From Octopus sinensis (taxonomy: Eukaryota), in assembly GCF_006345805.1 (NCBI RefSeq), contig NC_043000.1, positions 97,216,001-97,280,000 on the forward strand: 64,000 nt of DNA, in the 5' to 3' direction. Shown piece by piece: positions 14,002-28,289 of the stretch; the first letter of the stretch is position 1; each line of letters starts with the position of its first letter. Position numbers and translations under genes: made by a program. The notes below the pieces were generated by a model. That model was not told where the DNA came from. It did not search any database and was given only the letters and a program-made list of their open reading frames with translations.

Positions 14002-15519
14002 TCATAGCGTGAAGACGTGTTTTCCTTTTCCCTTCGAGACACGACTATATTTCAGGCATTATGAAATGAAAACTTCTTTGGAGTGTTTGCCGAAAAGGAT
14101 TTTATTACTTGAAGACTCTGCTTCCGAGGATCCAAGATAGAGAGAAATGGTTCACTCAACAACCTTTGTTTGTTTACACATTTTGACGATATTTCACGTT
14201 CAAAATCTTTACCAAACACATTCATTTAATATTGTACAAAGTAAAATATTAAACACAAAATTAAAAGAGCGGGAAAGCAAAGATAACTCAAAACGACAAA
14301 AGAAAAGATAACGATCATTTTAATGAAAAACTAATTGAAGAAAATATTTCGAACAGACTAAGCAATAATTTTAAACACAGTGATAAAAGCAGGAACAGTA
14401 CATGCACAAAAGCTAACATGTGAAGCCATTCATACCGTAGGAGTGCAAAAGAACGGATTTTTAGATTTAACAGATACAAAAAAAAACTTCAAAGATTTTT
14501 GTAAAACCGGATAGTATCTTTTTGCTGGAGGATCTAATCCAAAAGATAAAAAATGAAAAGTAAAATATCTATATCTTAAAAGAGATGGCAGCAGTTTTCC
14601 ATTACTGTCGAAACTGCAGTTAAAAATGATACTGCATAAAATTTCAGGAGAAATTGTGGAATTGTGTCATGTAATGTAGGGAAATATTATAGCACCGTCT
14701 TTTGCACTTTAAAGTACAAAAATTTATCTAAAACGCGAGCTGAAATAGATATACCTCCAACAATACATTTGTGGCTCTATCGGTAGATATGCACAAAAGG
14801 AAAAAAGGAAAAAATTAACAAAGCGGGGACAGCAGTAGAAAACAAACAGGTGAGAAGGAACAACCACTTAAGAAAATAATGATGCTCCTCTTCAGACTAA
14901 TGACTGAAACAATGATGTGTTGGACAATAAACTGACCTTCGAAGATCAATCCTTATATTAGTGCTATGGATGTTCCCGTGATTTAAGAATGACTGAGACA
15001 CGCGAAGAACAGATTGCTAGTAAAAGCAAAAGAAAAGAATTACGATGGATTGGAACAGTTGAGAATTGACTCAAAAAATGTTAACTGGCACCTTTCAGTG
15101 CACAAAACAGCAATGCGAACATTAGCTGGGGGGGCGGGTCGGAATATGGAGTGCCCTAACCTCATATAGTCAGTACTTTTTCTCCGTGAGTAGGCCGGAA
15201 TCCAAAACATTTTTCATGTTGCATTTATTTTTAAGTATATCTTGTTTTGGTTATTGGATTTTTCAATTACCTGGTGACTATGACTTTGCAGACAACTTGT
15301 CGAGAAAAATCTATCCTATCATTCTTCTTATAAAGCAAGATGATTTTCGACTCCTTCCACTGCAAGAATATATTCCTTCGTTCAGAACGTAAAATGAAGA
15401 TTTTTACAGCTGCTCTCCTCCACTTCTTAATATTTCCGTTGTTGTACCATATTTTGCAGTAGCCTTACCTCTCTTGAACCTTCCTCTATCTTGATGACGA
15501 TTCTGATAGGAGAAATAAA

Positions 15520-15920
15520 GAACATTCACTTGACGACCAAGAAAAGAGAGTACAAACAGATTTTCATAATTAAGGCGCGATATTTTCCCGTTAACATTTC
15601 TTCTAGAACGAGTGAAATGGTATAAGCTGCCTTTTTGAGTTGCCTTCGTAGATTAAGAAAATACCTTCGATAGTATCGAGATGAATGCAATACTGAAAAC
15701 GCAAGGAACCGAGGCACAACACACCAAATTTCTCAAGGTGAACTTGGGATGTACGATAGACTTAGGTCTGCTGTCACCATCCATCAACAGAAGGAAACAC
15801 CATCTCTCTAACGCTCTTCACCACATCGCTCGAAATTTCCTCTGAGTCATTGATTGGAAAAGTGCCATCAACAGCAAGTAAATATGCCTTTGTTGATGTA
15901 ACGTCAGACATATCACCATA
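15520..15920 (+). mobile_element. Decayed RTE-clade LINE reverse transcriptase fragment
   Basis: YKLPF*VAFVD..TFDSIEMNAIL..QG and GNTISLTLFTTSLE match RTE RT motifs (LAFVDYEKAFDS, GDTISPKLF). A weaker LRWIG fragment lies at ~15040. Confidence 0.7.
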
Positions 15921-16641
15921 AACCAGAAGTTCGCTGCGTTCAAGTCCATACTACTGCACGCTGGCATGAAAACACTTAACACTGGAACATTTCTTTGTCT
16001 GTTATTTACATAACATCTGTAGAATGCTTATAGTTCTTTCTCTAAACTTGCCGTACAGGAAATGTTTCCAACTTTATATTATGATATAAAACATGCTCTA
16101 TTTAACGTATTGAATACTCTTTACTTTGTTCGTAATATTACTTGCACATATAATATAATAAAATATAATATAATATAATGTAATATAATATCATATACAT
16201 GTATAGATGTGGGAATGTGTAGCGAGGCTATGCCTGTACTTCAGAGCTGTGTTACGTTTTGAATAGAAACCAGACCAAGCATGATTGAAACAAGCCAAGA
16301 TAAATCAGAATATATATTGGAAGACTGGAGATGAAGGAAATAACAAACTAAAGAGAGAAAAAAAGAAAAAAAAAGAATAAAAGAGTAACGTAGGAAAATC
16401 GAAGAGGAAAGGTGTGTGCGTTTATTTTATGTGTCTGTGTGTGTGTGTACACAAATATATATGTATATATACATATATGTATGTATGTATGTGTGTATGT
16501 ATGTATGTATGTATGTATGTATGTATGTGTGTGTGTTTGTGTGTGTGTTTGTGTGTGTGTTTGTGTGTGTGTTTGTGTGTGTGTGTGTTTGTGTGTATGT
16601 GTATACATATATACGTGAAAAGAGAGCAAAGGAGAGATGGC

Positions 16642-16718
<77 letters not shown>

Positions 16719-16902
16719 GAAATTAAAGAATAAAGGAAGGAAAGAAGAGTCCTTGAGACCTAGAAAAACCACTTCATGTTATAACCATCACAAGTGGCAC
16801 AGTTGATTTTCTGTTATATAAACGCACACACATACACGATCGTGTGTATGTATTTGTGGGCATGCATGTATGTGTGTATGTGTGTACAAGTATGTGTAGA
16901 TA

Positions 16903-16941
<39 letters not shown>

Positions 16942-16979
16942 ATGCATGTATGTGTGTATGTGTGTACAAGTATGTGTAG

Positions 16980-17013
<34 letters not shown>

Positions 17014-17911
17014 ACATGGACGTTGAAGGACAGACGAGCACTCACTGACGAAAGACAAAGTCTCCATACTGAAGCAGATTTTGCTGGTGATATTTGAAAA
17101 TCTAATGAGTGGCCTCTTGTTTCAAGCTCCATTCATTGTTTTATACATGCCTTTACTTTTTTTAACATTTCAATTTTCTTCAGAGAAAATTTTTATTTTT
17201 TTAATGCTGACGCCACTTCATTCTTTCTTGTATTCTTTACAGTTGTCTCTCTGTCTGTCTTTCCCTTCTTTCCGTCTTTCTGTGTATCTCTGTTTCTATT
17301 TCTATTTCTATGGCTTTCTTTTCTTTCTCTCTTTTCTTTGACTTTCTTTCTATTTCTTTTCCTTTCTTTTCAAATCTCGAGGATATTAAAATTATTTCGA
17401 TGAAATGAGAAGCAAATTTGTCTGAGCGATTCTATCTGCATACACACGTACACGCAGACAATCTCGCATCTACATTTCCAAACTCTCACAACCACGCATA
17501 TATGTATGTACATAAATACACAAACACACATATAAACGCATACAACTAGAAAAGTCGTTCTTTCGTTAAGAATCTTTAAAGCGTAGGACAAAATGCTCTG
17601 TGGTATTTGTTCCGGCTCTTTACAATCTGAGCTCAAATCCCGCCGTCTTAAATCCTTCCGATGGTGATAAAATAATTCATAATGAAAAACTAGTGCCTGT
17701 TTAACCGATTACACTAGGACTGGGTTTAGACACAAGCTGAACGATCTAGAACAGTCTTTTTTTCTGAAGGAACAGCTCAAATTTTCATTCGTCCCAGTTT
17801 TATTATAAATAATGATTTTACTCAATTAACCTAATTAACCCCCATTAGCATTAATAAATTAGATCTAGCTATTAAAAAAAGCTACATACTCTCTCTCTCT
17901 CACTACATAAA

Positions 17912-17985
<74 letters not shown>

Positions 17986-18149
17986 CAACTTCAACGACAT
18001 GATGTGTCACAGGAGATTGAAAATTGCTATTTTATACTTATTTTGATAAATGATATGATCTGAAATATGTCTAAATATATGTTAACTTAGCATAGTCGTT
18101 TTGTATATTGATTTCAGATTTTGGTACAAGGCCGGCCAGTAATTTCAGG

Positions 18150-18322
18150 AAAATGGGATTACATCGACCCCAGTACTTGATTGGTTCTTATTTTGTCAAC
18201 ACCTCAAAAGGATAAAAGGCAAATACGACCTTAGCAGAATTTGAACTCAAAACGTAAAGACGGACGAAATGCCACCAAGCATTTTACTCAGCGTGTTAAT
18301 AATTTTGCCAGCTCTCTGCTTT
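18150..18322 (-). mobile_element. SINE family A, diverged
   Basis: Reverse complement of the 7701 family (aatttgaactca B box, aagcatttt). Confidence 0.75.
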
Positions 18323-18620
18323 AGTCGTTTTGTATACTGAGCTTGAACGTTTAATAAACACACACACACTGATGGTCACTTGTTTGTACAATTACTTTGA
18401 TAGAATCGGTATTTAATTTGTTATTTAGTGAGATATTTAACTAGTCAATGAATGAAGTTAGCAAAGAGAGTGAAGGCAAGAGAGAGACGATAGGTACAGA
18501 TACGCAACAGTTCCAGCGTGGATCATATGAAGACGATGGCCTGATTGTTTCCAAGTCCCAGATTTGGCGCACAGCCGACCCGCCCAGGTTAAAAAAGGAG
18601 GCAACTTCACCTATTTTAAC

Positions 18621-18950
18621 GGCATGGTTCAGTAGTTAGGGATCACAATCAAGAGGTAGTGAGTTCGAATATCGGACCGGGCCTTGAGTTGTGTCATTGA
18701 GTAAGAGACTTTATTTCATGTTGCTCCAGTTCACTCAGCTGTAGAAATGAGTTGCAATGTCATTAGTGCCAAACTGTAAATCGTCCTTTGCCTTTCCCTT
18801 GGATAACATCGGTGGCGTAGAGAGGGGATGCTGGCAGTATGGGCAACTGCTGGTCTTCCATAAACAACCTTGCCCGGGCTTGTGCCTCGGGGATAACTTT
18901 CTAGGTGTCCTTCATGACCTTTATGACCGAAGGGGTCTTTACCCTTTACT
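18621..18950 (+). mobile_element. tRNA-headed SINE with CORE-like central domain (family B)
   Basis: Head ggcatggttcagtagttagg, B box gagttcgaat, then ttgtgtcattgagtaagagacttt...ttgctccagttcactcagctgtagaaatg. Confidence 0.65.
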
Positions 18951-19225
18951 CTTTATTATATTTCGTTTTGGCATAAAAGAAAACCCGTGTAAAAACAGTA
19001 TAAAAGAATGTAAGCATATTTCAAACACCGACGCAGAAAAATTCACTTATTGCTCCCGATGCACATTTGCTAATAAAGGAGTAGAGGGAGGCCACCGGTG
19101 TTGCATGTTCTCTTCTGGTCGGAGTTTACTCTATTGGACAGAATTAAATGATCAGAGCAGTGCAGCTTGCACTTAGCTGGGAAATATCGTACTATAAAAC
19201 ACCCTACGTCAAGAAAGAAAACAAT

Positions 19226-19690
19226 GGATCTTTTCGGTTTCATATGAAATTGTCTAGCGGTGTCATATGAAATTGTCAACCATAATTATGACCCTAGTAT
19301 CGATCTATTGCATTTCAATCTGTTTTAGGGTTAGGGTTAGTTACGGTTAGTTACAGTTAGTTACGGTTAGGGTTAGGGTTAGGGGTGGAGGGAAGGGTAT
19401 CTTTTTTTACTTCACAAATGTAAATAAACCCAATATGTTTCTTAAACGAGAGACATATTTATACGGCACAGAATGTTTTTTTTACATCAATAGACGTCAT
19501 TGATTGGTTGAAATTGCAGAAATTGAAGAAGAAAAAAAAAACAACAAATAACTTACAAACTATAGAATTTTCTCAATAAATCCAAGAGAAAAAGATGTTT
19601 TATAAACACATTCTACCAGTATACGAAGTTTAACATTTTTTAGTTACCTAGAAATTATGTTAAAAACTGCCGTTCAAACCGAAAAGATCC
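19226..19690. mobile_element. MITE, 15-bp perfect TIR, 8-bp TSD, internal TTAGGG-like repeats
   Basis: TIR ggatcttttcggttt (19226-19240) / aaaccgaaaagatcc (19676-19690); TSD aaaacaat at 19218-19225 and 19691-19698. Confidence 0.92.
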
Positions 19691-20566
19691 AAAACAATGA
19701 CAAAGCTAATATTTTTCTGCAGATACAGTCAAATAGTCATCAACATTTTCATGTGTGGAAGTCGTAAAATGGTCTTTAAGCTCTCTGAAGCCGTGAATAT
19801 ACAACAGGAAAAGTCGTTACTGAACATGAAAAGCTTGAAATATCCAATATGCACTTACGAACGGTGTACCAAGAACGATTCCAGAATAGTCAAAGCACAA
19901 CAGTCAGTAATGAACCTACATAAGTAAGCAGTGATTGTATATAGCCAAATAGATATTTTCGGAGCATAACAGAGAATTATTCTATCATACCGTAGAGGAT
20001 TAACGATAAAGCTTAATACAAAACAAAAAATTAAAAACATTTTTTTAAAGCGATTATTATGTAAAACGGGGAGACAATTAAAATAAAACGCCTAATTGCA
20101 TACAAATATGATATCAAGTTGTAAGAAAACCTTTTACAATTTAATCTGTTATGAAATCTTTACCATATACCGGAGTGTATTTGAATGACAGAAACATGTC
20201 GCCCGGAGAGTAGCTATTAACGGTAGATATCTCGTTTCTATACAGCTAGACTTCATCTTTGAATGTCATTCTGTTTTAGCTAATTAAATTGCTCTAAGCT
20301 TGAAACTTTTAACTTTTATTGAGCATTCTTGTTATTTCGTGTTACATAATAGAATAATTCTCAGTAAGGCTGCGAAGGATTTATTCACTTATAAATGCGT
20401 ATGTGCGTATGTGTGTATTTATATGCATATACATATACATATATAGATAAATATACATATATATATATATATAATATATATATATATACATACACACACA
20501 CACACACACATATATATATACATACACACACACACACACACACATATATTTATATCTATCTGTCTG

Positions 20567-20676
<110 letters not shown>

Positions 20677-20721
20677 CATATATATATATAAATATATGTA
20701 TGTATATAAATATACATACAT

Positions 20722-20787
<66 letters not shown>

Positions 20788-20817
20788 TATATATATATAT
20801 ATATCTATATATATAAT

Positions 20818-20854
<37 letters not shown>

Positions 20855-20961
20855 TATCTGATGGCAGTAAGTCAAAACTTCGAAGTCACTTTCAATCTTT
20901 TCCTTTTATAGTTAAGGTACGCGTATATATATGTGTGTGAAAGTGTATGTATGTGTGTGTG

Positions 20962-21005
<44 letters not shown>

Positions 21006-21590
21006 ACGTGTATGTATGAACATTTATATATATTTATTATGCATATATGTATATATACACGTATGTGTGTGTGTGTGTACATATGTATATCTGTATAGAA
21101 ATTTATATATATATATATAAGTATATATTCATACACACAGACACACACACGCTCAAACTCATGAACACACACACATAAACATATATACAAATATATAGAA
21201 ACATATACACATTCATATACATACGTGCAGTGACGCAACCATGTCTAATTCTATTTGCGTAGACACATCTACATGTATTTGTTAATATTTTGGTAGTATG
21301 CGTTGTTCTCCATCTTTACAAGTATACGTGAGTAAATCTTTAATTTGTAACCACTCTAACAGAAATGTAAGTAATCAAATGAATTCACATTATCACTAGT
21401 TCGTTCTCTAATTAATATTATTTGATAAAATATTGATATTTAAAATCTATTTCTCTTTATCGCAAAATATTCTATATTTCTTATTTATGCTGTTGAATTC
21501 CTGATTGAACTTGTGAATTTTAAATTGCAGGCCCCATTTATTTTGCTTCTACTGGGATATAAGCTTAAAACTATTTGTTTGTGTGTGAGT

Positions 21591-21662
<72 letters not shown>

Positions 21663-22171
21663 GAGAGGCAGACAGAGAGAGAAAGAGACACAGAGAGAGA
21701 CTGAGAGAGAGAGAGAGAGACAGAGAGAGAGATTGTGTGTTTGTATGTGTATATATCTGTGTGTATGCTTGTGTATATAAGTGTACGCATTTAGATGTAA
21801 ACATATATGCACATATATTAATGTACCTATTTATACTTATATATATTTATATGTATATATGTATATATACATACACACACACACACTCACCCTCATACAC
21901 ACACACACACATATATCTATATACAATATATATATATATGTGTGTGTGTAAAGTTACATGCAAGTCTACGCATACATACACGTATGCATAGAGACCATGT
22001 GTTTCTTCATGTAAATGTGTATACATACACATATACAAATATATATATATATCTTTATATGTGTATATAAATACATATATATGTACATACATATATATAT
22101 ATATACATATATATATATATGTGGTGTGTGTGTGTGTATAATATATACATATATATATACACACATATATA

Positions 22172-22202
<31 letters not shown>

Positions 22203-23125
22203 GTGTGTGTATGTATGTCAATCTACCTATATGTATGTGTGTGCATATAGATAGATGCACGTATACACACGTGAGTATAAACTTACACATGCGATTGAAT
22301 GCGTTTATTATGCTTTACTTGTTTGTGCATATGTGTGTGGGCATTGTTGCCAAGAAAGAGAGAAAGCTAGAGGATATTAGAGAGAGGAGAAAAAAAAGAA
22401 AGAAAGAAAGAAAGAAGGAAAGGAAGAAAGAAAGAAAGGAAGAAAGAAAGAAGGAAAGAGAAAAAGAAAGAAAGAGAAATAATGAAAGAAAGGCAGGAAG
22501 AAAGAGTTAAAAGACAAAAAGAAATTATGGGTGGTAAATGTCTGTTGAAGCAGGCGTGCAAGCTTAAAGTGGATGTTTCACTTATGTGTTTGTATAAGCG
22601 TATTTCTGCATGAAAATATCAAGACTTTTCATGAATTGCTATTGAAAATGAATAATCATTCAACTGTACGTTGCCGGAGATACTATAATGGAATATTAAC
22701 TATTTATATTTAAGGAATATTTTTATTCAATAAACCTCTCTCTCTCTCTCTCTCCATGTATTATTGCAAATCGTTAGAACTTATATAAATTTCTAATATA
22801 AAAGACATTTCAATAATCAAAATTAGATTCTTTCGTTTTTCTTCTTTTTTCTTTATTGTTTTCAATAATTTTAACTGGAAGAAAGGTTGTTTAGCAGAAG
22901 CGTTAGAGTTACGGCTCCTGAGGTTCTGAGTTCGAAATCAACGCGAGGTTGTCTTCTGTTTTCGTATCCTTCTCGACTGATTTACAAAAGTGTCAGGGAG
23001 ATAGTACAGGTATAGGTGTATGGGTAAGGATTTCGTTTCACAGCCACGTTGTTCGGGTTCAGTTTCAGTGCATGGCACTTTAGGCAAGTTCGTTACTCAG
23101 GAATTTCGTCCGTCTACTGCACGGC

Positions 23126-23490
23126 AATTTTGGGGGAGGGGCAGTCGATTATATCGACCTTAGTACGCAACTGGTACTTAATTTATCGACCCCGAAAGTG
23201 ATGAAAGGCAAAGTCGACCTCGGCGGAATTTGAACTCAGAACGTAACGGCAGACGAAATGCATATTTCTTTACTACCCACAAGGGGCTAAACACAGAGAG
23301 TACAAACAAGGGCAGACAAACGGATTAAGTCGATTATATCGACCCCAGTGCGTAACTGGTACTTATTTAATCGACTCCGAAGGGATGAAAAGCAAAGTCG
23401 ACCTCGGCGGAATTTGAACTCAGAACGTAGCGGCAGACGAAATACCGCTAAGCATTTCGCCCGGCGCGCTAACGTTTCTGCCAGCTCGCC
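23126..23490 (-). mobile_element. Two stacked SINE family A bodies sharing one head
   Basis: Body 23126-23259, then a long-tailed copy 23263-23490 with an intact head (ggcgagctggcagaaacgttagcgcgccgggcgaaatgcttagcgg). Confidence 0.9.
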
Positions 23491-23714
23491 ACCTCAAGAG
23501 CTTAGATTCAACTAACTAATACCTTGCTTGTGGAACGTAACTGTGTAGAATCCCATCACCTTTTACTTGTTTTTGTTAATAAACTGCAGCCATGCTGGGG
23601 CAACACCTTGAAAAACATTTAGTCGACTCTGTTGATCCCAGTAATTCTATTGTTATTCTGTCGTTTCCTTTTTCCGTACTGCTAGGTACGGTGACGGTAA
23701 TGCACCAATACCGA

Positions 23715-23791
<77 letters not shown>

Positions 23792-23927
23792 AACACACAA
23801 ACACACATACATATATACATATGTATGTATGTACACTGATCCCAGTACTTTTTTAAACCTGGTACTTATTCTATCGATTTCTTTTGACGAACAACAGCGA
23901 CACACACACACATAGATACATACATAC

Positions 23928-23999
<72 letters not shown>

Positions 24000-24005
24000 A
24001 TATAC

Positions 24006-24045
<40 letters not shown>

Positions 24046-24964
24046 GTGTGTGTGTGTGTATATATATATATATCATATACCTATATGTATGTGTGTGCAT
24101 ATAGATAGATGCACGTATACACACGTGAGTATAAACTTACACATGCGATTGAATGCGTTTATTATGCTTTACTTGTTTGTGCATATGTGTGTGGGCATTG
24201 TTGCCAAGAAAGAGAGAAAGCTAGAGGATATTAGAGAGAGGAGAAAAAAAAGAAAGAAAGAAAGAAAGAAGAAAGAAAGAAGGAAAGGAAGAAAGAAAGA
24301 AAGGAAGAAAGAAAGAAGGAAAGAGAAAAAGAAAGAAAGAGAAATAATGAAGAAAGGCAGGAAGAAAGAGTTAAAAGACAAAAAGAAATTATGGGTGGTA
24401 AATGTCTGTTGAAGCAGGCGTGCAAGCTTAAAGTGGATGTTTCACTTATGTGTTTGTATAAGCGTATTTCTGCATGAAAATATCAAGACTTTTCATGAAT
24501 TGCTATTGAAAATGAATAATCATTCAACTGTACGTTGCCGGAGATACTATAATGGAATATTAACTATTTATATTTAAGGAATATTTTTATTCAATAAACC
24601 TCTCTCTCTCTCTCCAATGTATTATTGCAAATCGTTAGAACTTATATAAATTTCTAATATAAAAGACATTTCAATAATCAAAATTAGATTCTTTCGTTTT
24701 TCTTCTTTTTTCTTTATTGTTTTCAATAATTTTAACTGGAAGAAAGGTTGTTTAGCAGAAGCGTTAGAGTTACGGCTCCTGAGGTTTTGAGTTCGAAATC
24801 AACGCGAGGTTGTCTTCTGTTTTCATATCCTTCCTCGACTGATTTACAAAAGTGTCAGGGAGATAGTACAGGTATAGGTGTATGGGTAAGGATTTCGTTT
24901 CACAGCCACGTTGTTCCGGGTTCAGTTTCAGTGCATGGCACTTTAGGCAAGTTCGTTACTCAGG

Positions 24965-25331
24965 GAATTTTGGTCGGAGGGGGCAGTCGATTATATCGAC
25001 CTTAGTACGCAACTGGTACTTAATTTATCGACCCCGAAAGTGATGAAAGGCAAAGTCGACCTCGGCGGAATTTGAACTCAGAACGTAACGGCAGACGAAA
25101 TGCATATTTCTTTACTACCCACAAGGGGCTAAACACAGAGAGTACAAACAAGGACAGACAAACGGATTAAGTCGATTATATCGACCCCAGTGCGTAACTG
25201 GTACTTATTTAATCGACTCCGAAGGGATGAAAAGCAAAGTCGACCTCGGCGGAATTTGAACTCAGAACGTAGCGGCAGACGAAATACCGCTAAGCATTTC
25301 GCCCGGCGCGCTAACGTTTCTGCAGCTCGCC
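24965..25331 (-). mobile_element. Duplicate of the stacked SINE pair
   Basis: Near-identical to 23126-23490. Confidence 0.9.
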
Positions 25332-25403
25332 ACCTCAAGAGCTTAGATTCAACTAACCAATACCTTGCTTGTGGAACGTAACTGTGTAGAATCCCATCAC
25401 CTT

Positions 25404-25572
25404 TTACTTGTTTTTGTTAATAACTGCAGCCATGCTGGGGCAACACCTTGAAAAACATTTAGTCGACTCTGTTGATCCCAGTAATTCTATTGTTATTCTG
25501 TCGTTTCCTTTTTCCGTACTGCTAGGTACGGTGACGGTAATGCACCAATACCGACACACACACACACACACA

Positions 25573-25603
<31 letters not shown>

Positions 25604-25767
25604 CACACCACACACACACATAAACACACAAACACACATACATATATACATATGTATGTATGTACACTGATCCCAGTACTTTTTTAAACCTGGTACTTAT
25701 TCTATCGATTTCTTTTGACGAACCAACAGCGACACACACACACATAGATACATACATACGTACATAT

Positions 25768-25838
<71 letters not shown>

Positions 25839-25975
25839 GACGGGCTTCTTTCAGTTCCTGTCTACCAAATCCAGTCACAAGGTTTTGGACGGCTCGAGAC
25901 TGCCAAAAATGAAAATACACTTGCCCAAGGTGCCACGCAGTGAGACTACCCAGAGCCATGTGGTTGAGGAGAATC
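25404..25975 (-). mobile_element. Composite SINE (family C): tRNA-like head, microsatellite hinge, second module
   Basis: cgacgggcttctttcagtt...cacttgcccaaggtgccacgcagt head module; ttttacttgtt...ctgcagccatgctgg tail module. Confidence 0.7.
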
Positions 25976-26000
25976 AAGTGTACATACATACATACATACA

Positions 26001-26034
<34 letters not shown>

Positions 26035-26084
26035 CATATATGTATGTATGTACACTTAATTCTTGCCGTTAATATTTTGCTGTT

Positions 26085-26220
26085 GCTTATTCCACCGAGA
26101 TCGATTTTACTTTACATCCTTTCGAGGTCGATAAAATAAGTAGCATTTGAACACTGGAATCGATGTAAACGGCTTTTCCCTTCCCCAGAAATCCTAGGCC
26201 TTGTGCCAAAATTTGAAATC
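26085..26220 (+). mobile_element. 5'-truncated SINE family A
   Basis: attccaccgagatcgattt...catcctttcgaggtcgataaaataagt...ggccttgtgccaaaatttgaaa. Confidence 0.7.
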
Positions 26221-26993
26221 ACTATTTCGTTGCTTTTTGATTTCAGGTCAGCTACGATGAAGCAAATCTCTGTTCAAAGCGTTCTACCACAATTTATTTT
26301 CAGACTACGCTTCCTGGACTATATTGGGCAATGTACCAGTCTCTTTTTAAAGATATGAAAGCTGGATTTGGGGGAAGGTTAGTTGTTACATTTAGTAGGT
26401 CGAGCGTTTACGTAGAGGTTGTCTCGTTTCCACGAAGATTTAAGATTGTCTTTCAGAAACAAGAGTGCAGGTAACATCGAATGTTGACAAACCAATTAGT
26501 CGGGACAGGTACACTCTAGGTCTTCCCCAACATCGCCAAAACAAACTTGAAAAGAAGAGAATAGTGTAAGTTGATTATTCTCCTTCCAATGTGGCAAGGC
26601 CGCACATGATGTTATTTCAAGCATATTTTGACACTCAGCGTACTTAAAAATAAACAATATTTAAAACAGTTTCGAAGTTAGATAACACTAATTCTTTTTA
26701 TGAGAAAGTTTACTTCATATTATTTTAAAAATAGAAAAATATAAACATATAAACATACATACATATATATTTATAATATATGTGTACGTACGTATGTATG
26801 TGTGTGTACACACACATTCGTATAGTTAGATAGATAGATAGATACGTATTTATATATATATATATACATACATATACATACGTATAAAACATATATATAA
26901 TACACATGCACGCACACACACACATGCACACATATACATATACATACATACGTGCATATACTGTGTGTGTATGTGTGCGTATGTATGTATGTA

Positions 26994-27044
<51 letters not shown>

Positions 27045-28289
27045 GCGTGCGCGCGTGCATGTGCAACTAGAAATATTGAAAAACCTGTAACGAAAGTTAC
27101 AGTTTTTCGAATTTGTTGTTTGAAGAATATCATAAAAAGAACGAAATAACAAAATAGATTTTTTTTTCTCCTATTTTTCTTTTAATTTCTCAGGCTTTTT
27201 CCAGTAAAATGTAACTTGGGCGAAGCTTAAGTTTATACTGACAACATATTTGTATCGCCAAAATAGTTAAGATGTAATGTCAACAAAAATCTTACGAAAC
27301 ATTGAAATCAAAATAAACAAATTTACATGAAACAAGAATTTCCAGTTAAAATGATACCACGGCTGTTATCGATCAAGATAAGAGCTTGTCTGGAAGATAA
27401 GACCAGTATTATAGGTCGAATATCGATCGAAACTCACGTAAAAATCTTCTGCTTTTCCCTGTTGGTGACTGGCATTGATCTCTTGTATCTCTTGTCGTTT
27501 ATTTATAGAGAAAAATAGATTTATCCTCAATGATGAAGTCAAATTTAGCTGCACAGTTTGCCCCATAATAACGAAATACTACCGATACCATTGGCGCTTT
27601 TTACAAATCAATGTATAGGATGATTGAGATGTATGAAATATATGCAATAAACAAACACGTTTTTATGGAATGATAAACATCAGCCTGCTGGCTACGTGCT
27701 TCTTTCGTATGTCTGTGCTTTTCTGTGTTTATTCTTTTAATTTATCAGACGAATGAGGAGCTAGTCTCATATAACGAAACAAAGATTTTTCTTGGACTTA
27801 ATGGACGTTTATATAACACTTAATGAAATCACATCCTTAAATTTAGCAACGCATTTTGCATTTTAACAGAGCAGTATATAAGAAAGTGTATATATATACA
27901 TATAGTGTATATGTATGTATACAGTTACACGCGCGCGTGTGTGTGCGTGCGATGTAAAGGTCTTTGACAAAGATGATCATTGAGTGAAATATCACAAACT
28001 ATGTGACCTCGACATAGTTAGAATATTAGGAACGTGTCTGCGTGACATTTTAAGAGACAAGAGTTAATGTGTTGCAACCGATAGTCCTCTTGGTATTAAA
28101 TCATTGTTGATGATATATTTTAGAAAACAAACTTGGAACATTCACTGTTTTTAATAGCTCCTCTCAGGCAGGCCCTTGCTTTTACAACTTATGACGAAAT
28201 GACAATATCAAAGGCAACCAAAAGTATTGCCGTTATTACAAACCTCCAAAAACCCTAATGCAATATATAGAAGGGATGGAAGAAAAACT

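Larger units (their letters stand above)
22224..25763. repeat. Tandem duplication of a ~1.7-kb block (period ~1.85 kb)
   Basis: 22224-23931 matches 24078-25763; breakpoints lie in or next to (TA)n tracts. Confidence 0.95.

Noticed and set aside
19323-19383. True telomere or chromosome-fusion site
   Set aside because: Short, degenerate, one orientation only, and inside a TSD-flanked MITE.
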